Source: an uncultured Arcobacteraceae bacterium (GTDB lineage: Bacteria > Campylobacterota > Campylobacteria > Campylobacterales > Arcobacteraceae). From it: a DNA stretch of 64,000 nucleotides. Location: the NCBI GenBank assembly GCA_964022095.1, contig CAXHZO010000005.1, forward strand, positions 52,870-116,869, read 5' to 3'. The notes under the pieces were generated by a model. That model was not told the DNA's origin. It saw only the letters and a list, made by a program, of their open reading frames with translations, and did no database searches. The number at the start of each line of letters is the position of its first letter. The first letter of the stretch is position 1. The translations under genes and the position numbers were made by a program. Positions 40,546-49,856 of this stretch are shown here, one piece after another.

Positions 40546-41826
40546 ATGCAAGCAGTTTCAGGTTTATTAATTTTTTCATCTTTTTTAACAACATTGTATG
40601 CTTATTTTTTCAATAATGAATTATTACTTTTAGCAGGCGCTTTAGCTTGGAGTGCTTTTATAATTTTGTTTATGTCGTTAAAGAGTAAAAAACTATTGAT
40701 AATACTGTTTATTTTAAGTTTGTCTGCTTTGTTTTTTTCATATGCAAATGCATATGAAATTAACTTTTATAAGCTTTTTACAGTTAATCAATATCTATTA
40801 ACCCTTTTAATAGGAGTGGGCTTTTTAAGACTTATTACAACACCAAAAAAAGAGAATATAAAAAAATCACCTATAGGAAGTAACTCTTTTATAAAAACAT
40901 ATTTGGGAGTTCATTTTTTTGGTTCAGTTATAAATATGTCTTCTTTACTTTTAGTTGCAGATAAAATGTACAAAAAAGCTAAACTCACAGATGCACAGTT
41001 AGTTCTTTTAACAAGGGCTTTTGGTTCAGATGCATATTGGTCTCCATTTTTTGTTGCCTTTGCAGCAGCTATGACCTACGCTCCAAATTTAGATACTCAA
41101 GTAATTATGGTAAATGGCTTTATATTATTTTTAATAGGTTTTGCAATTACATATTTTGAAGTAAAAAAAGATAATAAATTTGATTTAAAGAATTTTAGTG
41201 GGTATCCAATTTCACTTGATAGTTTGGTGTTACCATTTACTCTTGCTTTTTTAGTTTTAATTACAAACTATTTTATAAAAGATTTAAAAGTTATTGTTTT
41301 AATAGCTTTATTTTCTATTATATTAGCATTAGTTGTATTACCTATAAAAAAAGGTATAAAACAATCATTTGAAATTTTTAAAAATCATATTTTTTATGAA
41401 TTACCTAAAATGAAAGTTGAGATGTCGTTATTTTTGATCGCAGGTATGTTTGGTATATCTATTAGTTCTATTCTTTTTGGCATAGGAGTTGAGCTGCCGT
41501 TTGAAAAGTTTGATTGGATAGTTGCTTCAATATTTTTAGCAATTTTTATTATCTTAGGTTTCATAGGAATTCATCCTATTATATCTATTGCTATTGTTGG
41601 TGAGTTTTTAAGTAGTGTAAATCATACTCTTTTTGCAGTTGCATTCTTAATGTCATGGGCAACTACTGTGTCAACATCTATTTTTAGTGGATTAAACTTA
41701 ACAATTATTTCAAGATATAATTTAGACTCAAAAAGAGTATTTAAATTAAATATAATATATGCATTTAAAATGTATATTCTATCAGTTGTTTTTTTGTATT
41801 TCTTATCAAAATATTTAAATATCTAA
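40546..41826 (+). CDS. uncharacterised multi-pass membrane protein, possible transporter
   Basis: 426 aa with many hydrophobic helices; WSPFF and GIHP motifs. Confidence 0.65.
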   Translation: MQAVSGLLIFSSFLTTLYAYFFNNELLLLAGALAWSAFIILFMSLKSKKLLIILFILSLSALFFSYANAYEINFYKLFTVNQYLLTLLIGVGFLRLITTPKKENIKKSPIGSNSFIKTYLGVHFFGSVINMSSLLLVADKMYKKAKLTDAQLVLLTRAFGSDAYWSPFFVAFAAAMTYAPNLDTQVIMVNGFILFLIGFAITYFEVKKDNKFDLKNFSGYPISLDSLVLPFTLAFLVLITNYFIKDLKVIVLIALFSIILALVVLPIKKGIKQSFEIFKNHIFYELPKMKVEMSLFLIAGMFGISISSILFGIGVELPFEKFDWIVASIFLAIFIILGFIGIHPIISIAIVGEFLSSVNHTLFAVAFLMSWATTVSTSIFSGLNLTIISRYNLDSKRVFKLNIIYAFKMYILSVVFLYFLSKYLNI

Positions 41827-41867
41827 AAAAATCATATTATTCTCATACATTTTAATTAGAATTACAG

Positions 41868-41947
41868 CAATAGGTAAGTGCATCTCGTTTTGTATCCTTT
41901 CTGCTTCCTAATTTTGAATAGAAACAAATGCATTTACCTTTTATTTT
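41868..41947 (+). ncRNA. candidate sRNA, long hairpin with CU-rich interior
   Basis: AGGTAAGTGCAT (41872-41883) pairs with ATGCATTTACCT (41928-41939), then a T-run; TAGAAT -10 at 41857-41862; internal TATCCTTT. Confidence 0.4.
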
Positions 41948-41996
41948 AGTTATTAAATGTACAATACTTTTTAAAATTTCTATTAAGTGAACTTCT

Positions 41997-42923
41997 ATGA
42001 ATCTATTTTTTATTTTACTGGGTAAAATTGCCCCTTTATATCTGAATATAGCTGCTGGCTACATTTTAACTAGATATTTAAAAGTCAAAAGAGACTATAT
42101 TGCTTTTATTTTAATTTATATTTTAGGACCAATAGTAATATTTTTTGCAACGCTATCTATTGAGATTAATTTACAATTAGTTTTTTTACCATTTTTTGTA
42201 TTTGTCTTTGGTAGTGCAATTGCTTTTTATATATTAAAGAGATATAAAAATGATTGGAATGATGCTAGTATTAATACTTTAGCATTTACTTGTGGTACAG
42301 GAAATACAGGCTATTTTGGTATTCCTTTAGCAATGATTTTATTAACGCCAGAAGCTGCAAATATCTTTATTTTCGCAACAATGGCTTCTTTATTATACGA
42401 AAATACTACAGGTTTTTATGTTACTGCAAAAGGAACTTTCACTGCACGACAATCAATAATAAAAGTAATAAAGCTGCCTTTATTATATGCTTTTATTGCA
42501 GGGGTAAGTCTAAATCTTTTAGGTTTTAGAACTCCTGAGTTTATTGTTCCACATTTTGAAAACTTCAAATGGGCTTATGGAATACTTGGTATGATGATGT
42601 TAGGTATGGGAATGAAAGGCTTTAATCTAAGTGAAGATTTAGATAAAAAGTATTTAAAAGTAGCCTATTTTTATAAGTTTATTTTTTGGCCAGTAGCAAT
42701 ATTATTGATAATTTTTCTTGATAAGAACTTTATTGGCTTTTTAAGTGAAGAAATTTATAAAGTACTGTTTTTATTTTCTGTAGTACCACTTGCTGGGAAT
42801 ACAGTAACTTTAGCAGTATTATTAAAAGCAAAACCTGAAAAGGCTTCTTTTACTGTTTTATTAAGTACATTAATTTCAGTAATTTATATACCAATAGTTC
42901 TTTTAATATATGGAGGATTTTAG
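41997..42923 (+). CDS. AEC (auxin efflux carrier/malate permease) family transporter
   Basis: GNTGYFGIPL motif, multiple TM helices, VLLSTLIS near the C-terminus. Confidence 0.85.
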   Translation: MNLFFILLGKIAPLYLNIAAGYILTRYLKVKRDYIAFILIYILGPIVIFFATLSIEINLQLVFLPFFVFVFGSAIAFYILKRYKNDWNDASINTLAFTCGTGNTGYFGIPLAMILLTPEAANIFIFATMASLLYENTTGFYVTAKGTFTARQSIIKVIKLPLLYAFIAGVSLNLLGFRTPEFIVPHFENFKWAYGILGMMMLGMGMKGFNLSEDLDKKYLKVAYFYKFIFWPVAILLIIFLDKNFIGFLSEEIYKVLFLFSVVPLAGNTVTLAVLLKAKPEKASFTVLLSTLISVIYIPIVLLIYGGF

Positions 42924-42928
42924 AAGAA

Positions 42929-43576
42929 TTAATCTTCTAAAACTCTTCTTGAAGTCCAGTATGCTTTTTTATAAAAAGGTTTATTAAGTTTTGTGAACTT
43001 TACACCTTTTATAGAAGCATGCATAAATCTACCATCTCCCATATAAACACCAACATGTCTATCATATTTTCCTGTTTTAAAGAATACTAAATCACCAAGT
43101 TGTAATTGCGATTTATTAATACTTTGACCACTTTTTACTTGTGTTCTAGTATTTCTAGGAATTTTTACATTAAATTTTTCTTTAAAGATTCTTTGTGTAA
43201 ATGCAGAACAATCAATTCCTCTTTTAGAGTTACCTCCAAATTTATATTTTACACCTTTCCATTCTTTATAAAACTCCATTAATGCCTCTTTGATTTCATT
43301 ATCACTAGAGTTTGTAGAGTTCTTTTGTACTTTTTTACCTTGAGCAATCATTTTTTTGTACTCTTCAGGAGTTATTATAGGTTCATCTACTTTTTTTATT
43401 TTTTTCTGTGAATTTTCAAATAGTCTTTGATACTCTTCATATGAGATAATAATCTCTTTTTTCTCTTGAGTATTAGTTTCTAAAATGCTAGTAGAGTCAG
43501 TTAATTTGGTTTGATTCGTAGTACATCCAGATAATATAAATATAAATGCAATAAAAAAATAAGATTTTCTTATCAT
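42929..43576 (-). CDS. NlpC/P60 lipoprotein peptidase
   Basis: Lipobox LSGC, GIDCSAF and HVGVY motifs. Confidence 0.9.
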   Translation of the reverse strand: MIRKSYFFIAFIFILSGCTTNQTKLTDSTSILETNTQEKKEIIISYEEYQRLFENSQKKIKKVDEPIITPEEYKKMIAQGKKVQKNSTNSSDNEIKEALMEFYKEWKGVKYKFGGNSKRGIDCSAFTQRIFKEKFNVKIPRNTRTQVKSGQSINKSQLQLGDLVFFKTGKYDRHVGVYMGDGRFMHASIKGVKFTKLNKPFYKKAYWTSRRVLED

Positions 43577-43627
43577 TAAATCTCCTGTAAAAAGTTAAAG
43601 TTAGCTTATATTATACCTTAAAAGCCC

Positions 43628-44173
43628 TTAATCAAGTATTCTTTGAGATTTCCAATAGTGTTTTTTAAAGTATACATTATCAAGTTTAGATATGGTTACA
43701 CCCCTTTTTGAAGAAGCATGAATAAATTCTCCATTTTTCAAATATATACCAACATGCCTAGAGTTTTTTCCTGTTTTAAAAAAAACTAAATCCCCTGTAT
43801 TTAGTTCATTTTTACGTATTTCATATCCTGTTTTAGATTGAAGTCTTGTTGTTCTTGGAATATTTACATTTAATTTATCTTTGAATGCAATTTGAATTAA
43901 AGCAGAGCAATCAATTCCCTTTTTAGAGTTACCTCCAAATTTATATCTAACTCCCTTCCATTCGCTATAAAAGTCATTTAACTTTTCATCTAATGATTGG
44001 CTAAAGCTTTCTTCTTTAATTCTTTTTTCTTGGATTAAGTGCTGTAATGATGCACTTTGTATTGTTATATCATCTGTAGTTTTTAAACTAATTACTTGAG
44101 TAGGTGACTTAAAAGAACAACCCGTAAAAAATAAAATAGAGGTGTAAATAATAAAAGTTGACTTAATAAACAT
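43628..44173 (-). CDS. NlpC/P60 lipoprotein peptidase
   Basis: Lipobox FTGC, GIDCSAL and HVGIY motifs. Confidence 0.9.
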   Translation of the reverse strand: MFIKSTFIIYTSILFFTGCSFKSPTQVISLKTTDDITIQSASLQHLIQEKRIKEESFSQSLDEKLNDFYSEWKGVRYKFGGNSKKGIDCSALIQIAFKDKLNVNIPRTTRLQSKTGYEIRKNELNTGDLVFFKTGKNSRHVGIYLKNGEFIHASSKRGVTISKLDNVYFKKHYWKSQRILD

Positions 44174-44264
44174 TCCTAAATAACCTTGAATAGAAGATTT
44201 TTTTTAAATAATAATAAAAAATGATTATTATGTCAAGTATTCTTTGTAGATTAAGACTAAGAGG

Positions 44265-44747
44265 TTAATAACCTCTTAGTGTAATTCCAAGTATTATTGC
44301 AATTAATCCTAAAACAATATTTATTGGAATTAAGTATTTTGCTAGTGGAGTTAGTTGTGCTTTTGCAACTGGAAACTCACCATTATTAAAAGCTTTTTGA
44401 GCTTTATTTCTTTTTATGTAAATAATAATAAATATTAAAGTCATAATAGTCCAAATAATCTCTTTTAAGATAACAAAAGAGTATAAGGGCGTTCCTTTAA
44501 ACCCTAAAGCAATTATCATTATAATAGCTGTTAAAAGAAGAAGAATAATTGAAGGAATAACCATATTAAAAAATCTTCTAAGATTTTCTAGTGTTCTTCC
44601 TAATTTTATTTTTGGATCTTCAATTTCTTGCATAGAATGATGAACCGCAAATCTAATTACAATCATCCCACCAACCCAAATGATTGCTGAGATTACATGT
44701 AAAAAGATAATTAGTGTCGAGAAGTTAGAAAAAAGTTCACTCAACAT
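44265..44747 (-). CDS. 4-TM membrane protein, CopD-like N-terminus
   Basis: FLHVISAIIWVGG motif and four hydrophobic helices. Confidence 0.65.
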   Translation of the reverse strand: MLSELFSNFSTLIIFLHVISAIIWVGGMIVIRFAVHHSMQEIEDPKIKLGRTLENLRRFFNMVIPSIILLLLTAIIMIIALGFKGTPLYSFVILKEIIWTIMTLIFIIIYIKRNKAQKAFNNGEFPVAKAQLTPLAKYLIPINIVLGLIAIILGITLRGY

Positions 44748-44753
44748 TTATCC

Positions 44754-47309
44754 TTATAAGTTTGCTTTTGCAAACTCTAAAGCTGCAGTTTTTGCATCTT
44801 CAATTTTTGTTATGTCTTTTCCACCTGCTTGTGCGAAGTCTGGTCTTCCTCCACCACCTCCACCAACGATTGGAGCAATATTTTTAATCCAATCACCAGC
44901 TTTGATATTAGTGTTTTTACTACCTGCTACAATCATTACTTTATCACCCTTTGCTTGAAGTAATAAAATCGCAAGCTTATCATTAGCATTTTTCATATCA
45001 TCAACAATTTTTTTAAGATCACCTGTTTTTACAACATCTACCACAACTTTTGTATCACCAATAACTTCTTCAGTAATTGGAGCTGCTGTTTGGCTTTGTG
45101 CTTCATCTAGCTCTTTTTTAAGATCTTTGATTTGCTCTTTTAATTTTTTAATCCCTGTTAAGACATCATTGTTTTTAACTTCTGCTTTTACATCATTTAG
45201 CGTTGAAATAATCTCTTTCGTATACTCAATTGCAGCAGTTCCACAAACTGCTTCTATTCTTCTAACTCCTGCAGAAACTCCAGATTCTTTAATAATATAA
45301 AAACTTCCAATATCAGCAGAGTTTTTTACATGAGTCCCTCCACAAAATTCAACAGAAATATCGCTAAAGCTTACAACTCTAACTGTATCACCATATTTTT
45401 CACCAAACATAGCAATAGCACCTTTTTCTTTTGCTTGCTCGATTGGAAGTTCTTCAACATTTCCATGAAGTGCTCTTGCAATCATAGAGTTTACTAAATC
45501 TTCAACTTCTTCAATTTGCTCATTGCTCATAGCTTTTGGATAAGTAAAGTCAAATCTTAATCTTTTTGCATCATTTAATGAACCAGCTTGTGATACACTA
45601 TCTCCAAGAACCATTTTTAATGCACTTTGAAGTAAATGTGTCGCACTATGATGTTTTGCAATTTCATATCTGTTTACTACAACTGCATCAACTGATTCAC
45701 CTTTTTTAATAGTAGAGTTCTCAACATTTACTTTTGAAAGATTCAGTCCATGGAATTTTGAAGTTTCTTCAATAATAGCAATATGCTCATTATCTTCTAA
45801 TGCTCCAATATCACCTTCTTGTCCACCAGAAGTTGCATAAAATGGAGTTTTATCTAGCATTACCCAACCAGTTGAGCCTTTTTCTAAAGTATCTACTTCA
45901 CTAAAGTTCTCATCTAATAGTGCAACGATTTTTGATTTATATGTAATATTGTCATAACCAACAAATTCATTTAAACCATATTTTTCAATTAACTGTTTGA
46001 AGTCACCTTCATTTGATGTATCTCCACTACCTTTCCAAGCAGCTTTAGCTTTAGCTTTTTGTTCACTCATAAGTTCATCAAACTTATCATTATCTACCTT
46101 TAAACCTTTATCTCTTAACATATCTTCTGTTAAGTCTAATGGGAATCCATAAGTATCATAAAGTTTAAATGCAATTTCTCCACTAAATACTTCTTTTGTA
46201 TTTGCTAATTCATCAGTGAATATTGTCATACCAGAATCAATAGTTTTAAAGAATCTTTCCTCTTCTAATGTCATTTGCTCTTTAATATAATCTTGTTGTT
46301 CAGTTAGTTCACTATAGTGTGCACCCATTATTTCACATAAAGTATCAAAAAGTTTAGCCATAAATGGTTTCCTAAAGCCAAGTAAATAACCATGTCTAAC
46401 AGCTCTTCTCATGATTCTTCTATTTACATAAGGTCTTCCTTCATTTCCAAATAAAATACCTTGTGCAAGCATAAATGAGTTTGCTCTTAAGTGATCAGCA
46501 ATTACTCTGTATGATCCAATTGTCTCTTTTGTTGCTTCTTTTTTAGCAAGTTCTTCAAGTTTTTTAATAATTGGCTGAAAATTAGATGAATCAAAGTTGT
46601 TTAACACACCTTCTTTGATTGCAATAACTCTCTCTAATCCCATACCTGTATCAATTGAAGGTTTTGGAAGTGGATTTAATTTTCCATCTGCTGTTCTTTC
46701 GTATTGCATAAATACTAAGTTCCAGATTTCTAAGAATCTATCACCCTCTCCACCCATTTTATCTTCAGGACCATTGAAGTTTTCTTCCCCTTGGTCATAA
46801 AAAATTTCACTACATGGGCCACAAGCACCAGTATCTCCCATTGACCAGAAATTATCTTTATCTCCAAATCTCATGATTCTTGAAGCATCAATATGTTTTG
46901 ACCAAATCTCATAAGCTTCATCATCACTGTCGTGGATTGTAACCCATAATTTATCAACATCTAATGCAAGGTTTTTAGTTACAAATTCCCAAGCATAAGC
47001 GATAGCATCTTCTTTGAAATAATCACCAAAGGAAAAATTACCTAACATCTCAAATAAAGTATGATGACGTGCAGTGTAACCAACATTTTCTAAGTCATTA
47101 TGCTTTCCACCAGCTCTAACACAAAGTTGACAAGATGTAGCTCTTGGATTTTGTGGAGTTGGAACAGATCCTGTAAATATATCTTTAAATTGAACCATCC
47201 CAGCATTTGTAAACATCAAAGTGGGGTCATCAGGTACTAATGGCATTGAACTTATTACTTCATGCCCTTTACTTTTGAAAAAGTCTAAATATTCTTTTCT
47301 AACATCCAT
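44754..47309 (-). CDS. alaS: alanyl-tRNA synthetase
   Basis: [25 protein letters not shown] and [14 protein letters not shown] motifs. Confidence 0.98.
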   Translation of the reverse strand: MDVRKEYLDFFKSKGHEVISSMPLVPDDPTLMFTNAGMVQFKDIFTGSVPTPQNPRATSCQLCVRAGGKHNDLENVGYTARHHTLFEMLGNFSFGDYFKEDAIAYAWEFVTKNLALDVDKLWVTIHDSDDEAYEIWSKHIDASRIMRFGDKDNFWSMGDTGACGPCSEIFYDQGEENFNGPEDKMGGEGDRFLEIWNLVFMQYERTADGKLNPLPKPSIDTGMGLERVIAIKEGVLNNFDSSNFQPIIKKLEELAKKEATKETIGSYRVIADHLRANSFMLAQGILFGNEGRPYVNRRIMRRAVRHGYLLGFRKPFMAKLFDTLCEIMGAHYSELTEQQDYIKEQMTLEEERFFKTIDSGMTIFTDELANTKEVFSGEIAFKLYDTYGFPLDLTEDMLRDKGLKVDNDKFDELMSEQKAKAKAAWKGSGDTSNEGDFKQLIEKYGLNEFVGYDNITYKSKIVALLDENFSEVDTLEKGSTGWVMLDKTPFYATSGGQEGDIGALEDNEHIAIIEETSKFHGLNLSKVNVENSTIKKGESVDAVVVNRYEIAKHHSATHLLQSALKMVLGDSVSQAGSLNDAKRLRFDFTYPKAMSNEQIEEVEDLVNSMIARALHGNVEELPIEQAKEKGAIAMFGEKYGDTVRVVSFSDISVEFCGGTHVKNSADIGSFYIIKESGVSAGVRRIEAVCGTAAIEYTKEIISTLNDVKAEVKNNDVLTGIKKLKEQIKDLKKELDEAQSQTAAPITEEVIGDTKVVVDVVKTGDLKKIVDDMKNANDKLAILLLQAKGDKVMIVAGSKNTNIKAGDWIKNIAPIVGGGGGGRPDFAQAGGKDITKIEDAKTAALEFAKANL

Positions 47310-47460
47310 AAAAACTATCCATTCTAATTAAAATTACATGATTTTATCTAAAAATTAATTTAGGCTAGATTAGTGAAACTTAAAAAAATGTAAAACTAAA
47401 TTTAAGTTAATCAAAGTTATAATTAATACAAGACTAAAATTAATAATTAAGGAAGATAAA

Positions 47461-47778
47461 ATGGGAAAATATATTGAATTAACTCCTGCTAACTTTGAAG
47501 AGATAACTAACAGTGGCGTGTCTATGGTTGATTTCTGGGCTCCATGGTGTGGACCTTGTAGAATGATCGCACCAGTAATTGACGAATTAGCAACTGACTT
47601 TGATGGTAAAGCTAATATCTGTAAAGTAAATACTGATGAAGAACAAGATTTAGCAGTTAAGTTTGGTGTTAGATCTATTCCTACTATTATCTTTATGAAA
47701 GATGGTGAAGTAGTTGATACTATGGTTGGTGCATCTTCTAAACAAGCATTTACTGATAAAATCAATTCTTTATTATAA
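47461..47778 (+). CDS. trxA: thioredoxin, copy 1
   Basis: WCGPC active site; 105 aa. Confidence 0.95.
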   Translation: MGKYIELTPANFEEITNSGVSMVDFWAPWCGPCRMIAPVIDELATDFDGKANICKVNTDEEQDLAVKFGVRSIPTIIFMKDGEVVDTMVGASSKQAFTDKINSLL

Positions 47779-47796
47779 TAAATATTAAAGATCATT

Positions 47797-47828
47797 AAAA
47801 GGCAAAAATTAAATTTTTGCCTTTTTTT
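47797..47828 (+). terminator. intrinsic terminator after trxA copy 1
   Basis: AAAAGGCAAAAAT-taa-ATTTTTGCCTTTT plus T-run. Confidence 0.8.
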
Positions 47829-47862
47829 ATACCCGCTTTAAGCTTAATATAAATTCTTAAAT

Positions 47863-47879
47863 GATAAAATTTTTCCAAT
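47863..47879. promoter_or_regulatory. Fur/PerR-like box upstream of trxA copy 2
   Basis: GATAAAATTTTTCCAAT, similar to the ccp and trxB sites. Confidence 0.4.
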
Positions 47880-47901
47880 TAAATAAAAAAAAGGATTTTT
47901 T

Positions 47902-48219
47902 ATGGGAAAATATATCGAATTAAATAATACGAATTTCGAAGATACAACAAAAGAGGGTGTATCTTTAGTTGACTTTTGGGCTCCATGGTGTGGACCTTGT
48001 AGAATGCTTTCACCAGTAATTGATGAATTAGCAGGTGATTTTGAAGGTAAAGCAAAAATTTGTAAAGTTAACTCTGATGAAGAGCAAGACTTAGCAGTAA
48101 AATTTGGAGTTAGATCTATTCCAACTATACTATTTATGAAAGATGGTGAAGTGGTTGATACAATGGTTGGTGCTGCTTCAAAACAAGCATTCACTGATAA
48201 ATTAAACTCACTGATTTAA
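47902..48219 (+). CDS. trxA: thioredoxin, copy 2
   Basis: WCGPC active site; 105 aa; 87/105 identical to copy 1 by manual count. Confidence 0.95.
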   Translation: MGKYIELNNTNFEDTTKEGVSLVDFWAPWCGPCRMLSPVIDELAGDFEGKAKICKVNSDEEQDLAVKFGVRSIPTILFMKDGEVVDTMVGAASKQAFTDKLNSLI

Positions 48220-48246
48220 TAACTTATATAAATACTAACAATTATT

Positions 48247-48284
48247 AAAAAAAGGGATGAGACTTCGGTCTTGTCCCTTTTTTT
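48247..48284 (+). terminator. intrinsic terminator after trxA copy 2
   Basis: AAAGGGATGAGAC-ttcg-GTCTTGTCCCTTT plus T-run. Confidence 0.85.
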
Positions 48285-48301
48285 ATGCAAAAAAATTCTA
48301 A

Positions 48302-48334
48302 TGTCATATTAAAGCCATTTTGATTTCTTATCAT
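48302..48334 (+). promoter_or_regulatory. pho-box-like tandem site plus -10 element upstream of the DASS transporter
   Basis: TGTCAT-ATTAA-AGCCAT-N10-TATCAT. Confidence 0.45.
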
Positions 48335-48367
48335 TTCATTATAAAAAAATCATAAAAAGGACAAATT

Positions 48368-49774
48368 ATGAGCAATACAATGAAAATTGCAATACCGATT
48401 GTTATCGCAATCATAGTAGCACTTCTTCCAACACCAGAAGGCTTAGCCCTAAATGCACAATATTTCTTTGCAGTATTTTTAGGAGTAATCGTAGCACTAA
48501 TTTTAGAGCCAATTCCACCTGCACTTATTGGTTTAGTAGGAGTTTCATTTTGTGCAACTTTTGGTTTAGTAGGTGAAAGTGCAAAAGAAGCAAGAAATTG
48601 GGCTTTAAGTGGTTTCTCAAATGGAGTTATTTGGTTAATCTTTGCAGCATTTATGTTCGCACTTGGTTACAAAAAATCAGGACTTGGTAAACGGATTGCT
48701 TTACTATTAGTTAAAAAACTAGGTAAAACAACACTTGGTTTAGGATATGCTGTAGCATTTGCAGATGGAGTTTTAGCACCATTTATGCCTTCAAATACAG
48801 CAAGAAGTGCAGGGACTATTTTCCCAATTGCCATTAATATTCCACAAATGTTTAATTCAACACCAGATAATGAACCTAGAAAAATTGGTTCATATATATC
48901 TTGGGTAGCAATAGCAGCAACTACGGTTACAAGTTCTATGTTTTTAACAGCACTTGCACCTAACCTTTTAGCTGTTTCATTAGTTGAAAAAAATATTGGC
49001 GTAGGAATAGAATGGGGTACTTGGTTTAGCACATTAGCAGTAATAATGATTCCATTGTTCTTATTAGTTCCAATTTTAACATATCTTGTATATCCTCCAG
49101 AACAAAAAACTTCACCCGAAGCTCCTGCATGGGCAGCAAGTGAATTAGAAAAAATGGGTTCAATTACTAAAAAAGAGTTAATTATGCTTGGACTTGGCTT
49201 ATTAGCTTTAGTATTATGGATTTTTGGTAAACAAATTGGAGTAAATGGTACTGTTGCTGCAATTTCAGTATTATGTTTACTTGTATTAACAAACGTTATA
49301 TCTTGGGAAGATGTAATTACAAATAAAGGCGCAATCAATGTATTTATTTGGTTTGCTACATTAGTTGCAATGGCTTCAGGACTTAAAAAAGTTGGATATT
49401 TAAAATGGGCATCAGGTTTAATTTCTAGCTGGTTATCAGGTATGGATCCTGTTCTAATTGCCTTGACTTTAGTAGTATTATTCTTTTTATTCCACTATTT
49501 ATTTGCAAGCGTAACTGCACATGTTGTGGCATTACTTCCTTTATTCTTAGGAATTGCAGCAAATTTATTACCTGCAGATATGTTACAACCACTAGCTATA
49601 TTACTAGTTGGTTCATTAGGATTAATGGGAATTATCACTCCATATGGAACAGGACCTTCTCCTATATGGTACGGTGCAGGATATATTTCTCAAGCAAAAT
49701 GGTGGTTCTTAGGATTAATTTTTGGATCAATCTATTTATTATCACTAGTACTTTTAGGAATCGTAATCCTTTAA
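48368..49774 (+). CDS. DASS family di/tricarboxylate antiporter (CitT/TtdT-like)
   Basis: GLGKRIAL, PSNTARSAG, FASVTAH and TPYGTGPSPIWYG motifs. Confidence 0.9.
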   Translation: MSNTMKIAIPIVIAIIVALLPTPEGLALNAQYFFAVFLGVIVALILEPIPPALIGLVGVSFCATFGLVGESAKEARNWALSGFSNGVIWLIFAAFMFALGYKKSGLGKRIALLLVKKLGKTTLGLGYAVAFADGVLAPFMPSNTARSAGTIFPIAINIPQMFNSTPDNEPRKIGSYISWVAIAATTVTSSMFLTALAPNLLAVSLVEKNIGVGIEWGTWFSTLAVIMIPLFLLVPILTYLVYPPEQKTSPEAPAWAASELEKMGSITKKELIMLGLGLLALVLWIFGKQIGVNGTVAAISVLCLLVLTNVISWEDVITNKGAINVFIWFATLVAMASGLKKVGYLKWASGLISSWLSGMDPVLIALTLVVLFFLFHYLFASVTAHVVALLPLFLGIAANLLPADMLQPLAILLVGSLGLMGIITPYGTGPSPIWYGAGYISQAKWWFLGLIFGSIYLLSLVLLGIVIL

Positions 49775-49797
49775 ATCCTCACTTCTTTTTTTAATTT

Positions 49798-49830
49798 AAT
49801 GGTGTTAGATGTAATATCTAGCACCATTTT
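49798..49830 (+). terminator. hairpin after the DASS transporter
   Basis: AATGGTGTTAGAT-gtaat-ATCTAGCACCATT. Confidence 0.65.
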
Positions 49831-49856
49831 ATTTAGATTTAACTATAATATAACAC

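Noticed and set aside
17829-44264. Active mobile element, prophage or defence system
   Set aside because: No integrase, transposase, phage, toxin-antitoxin or restriction genes and no att-like repeats were recognised
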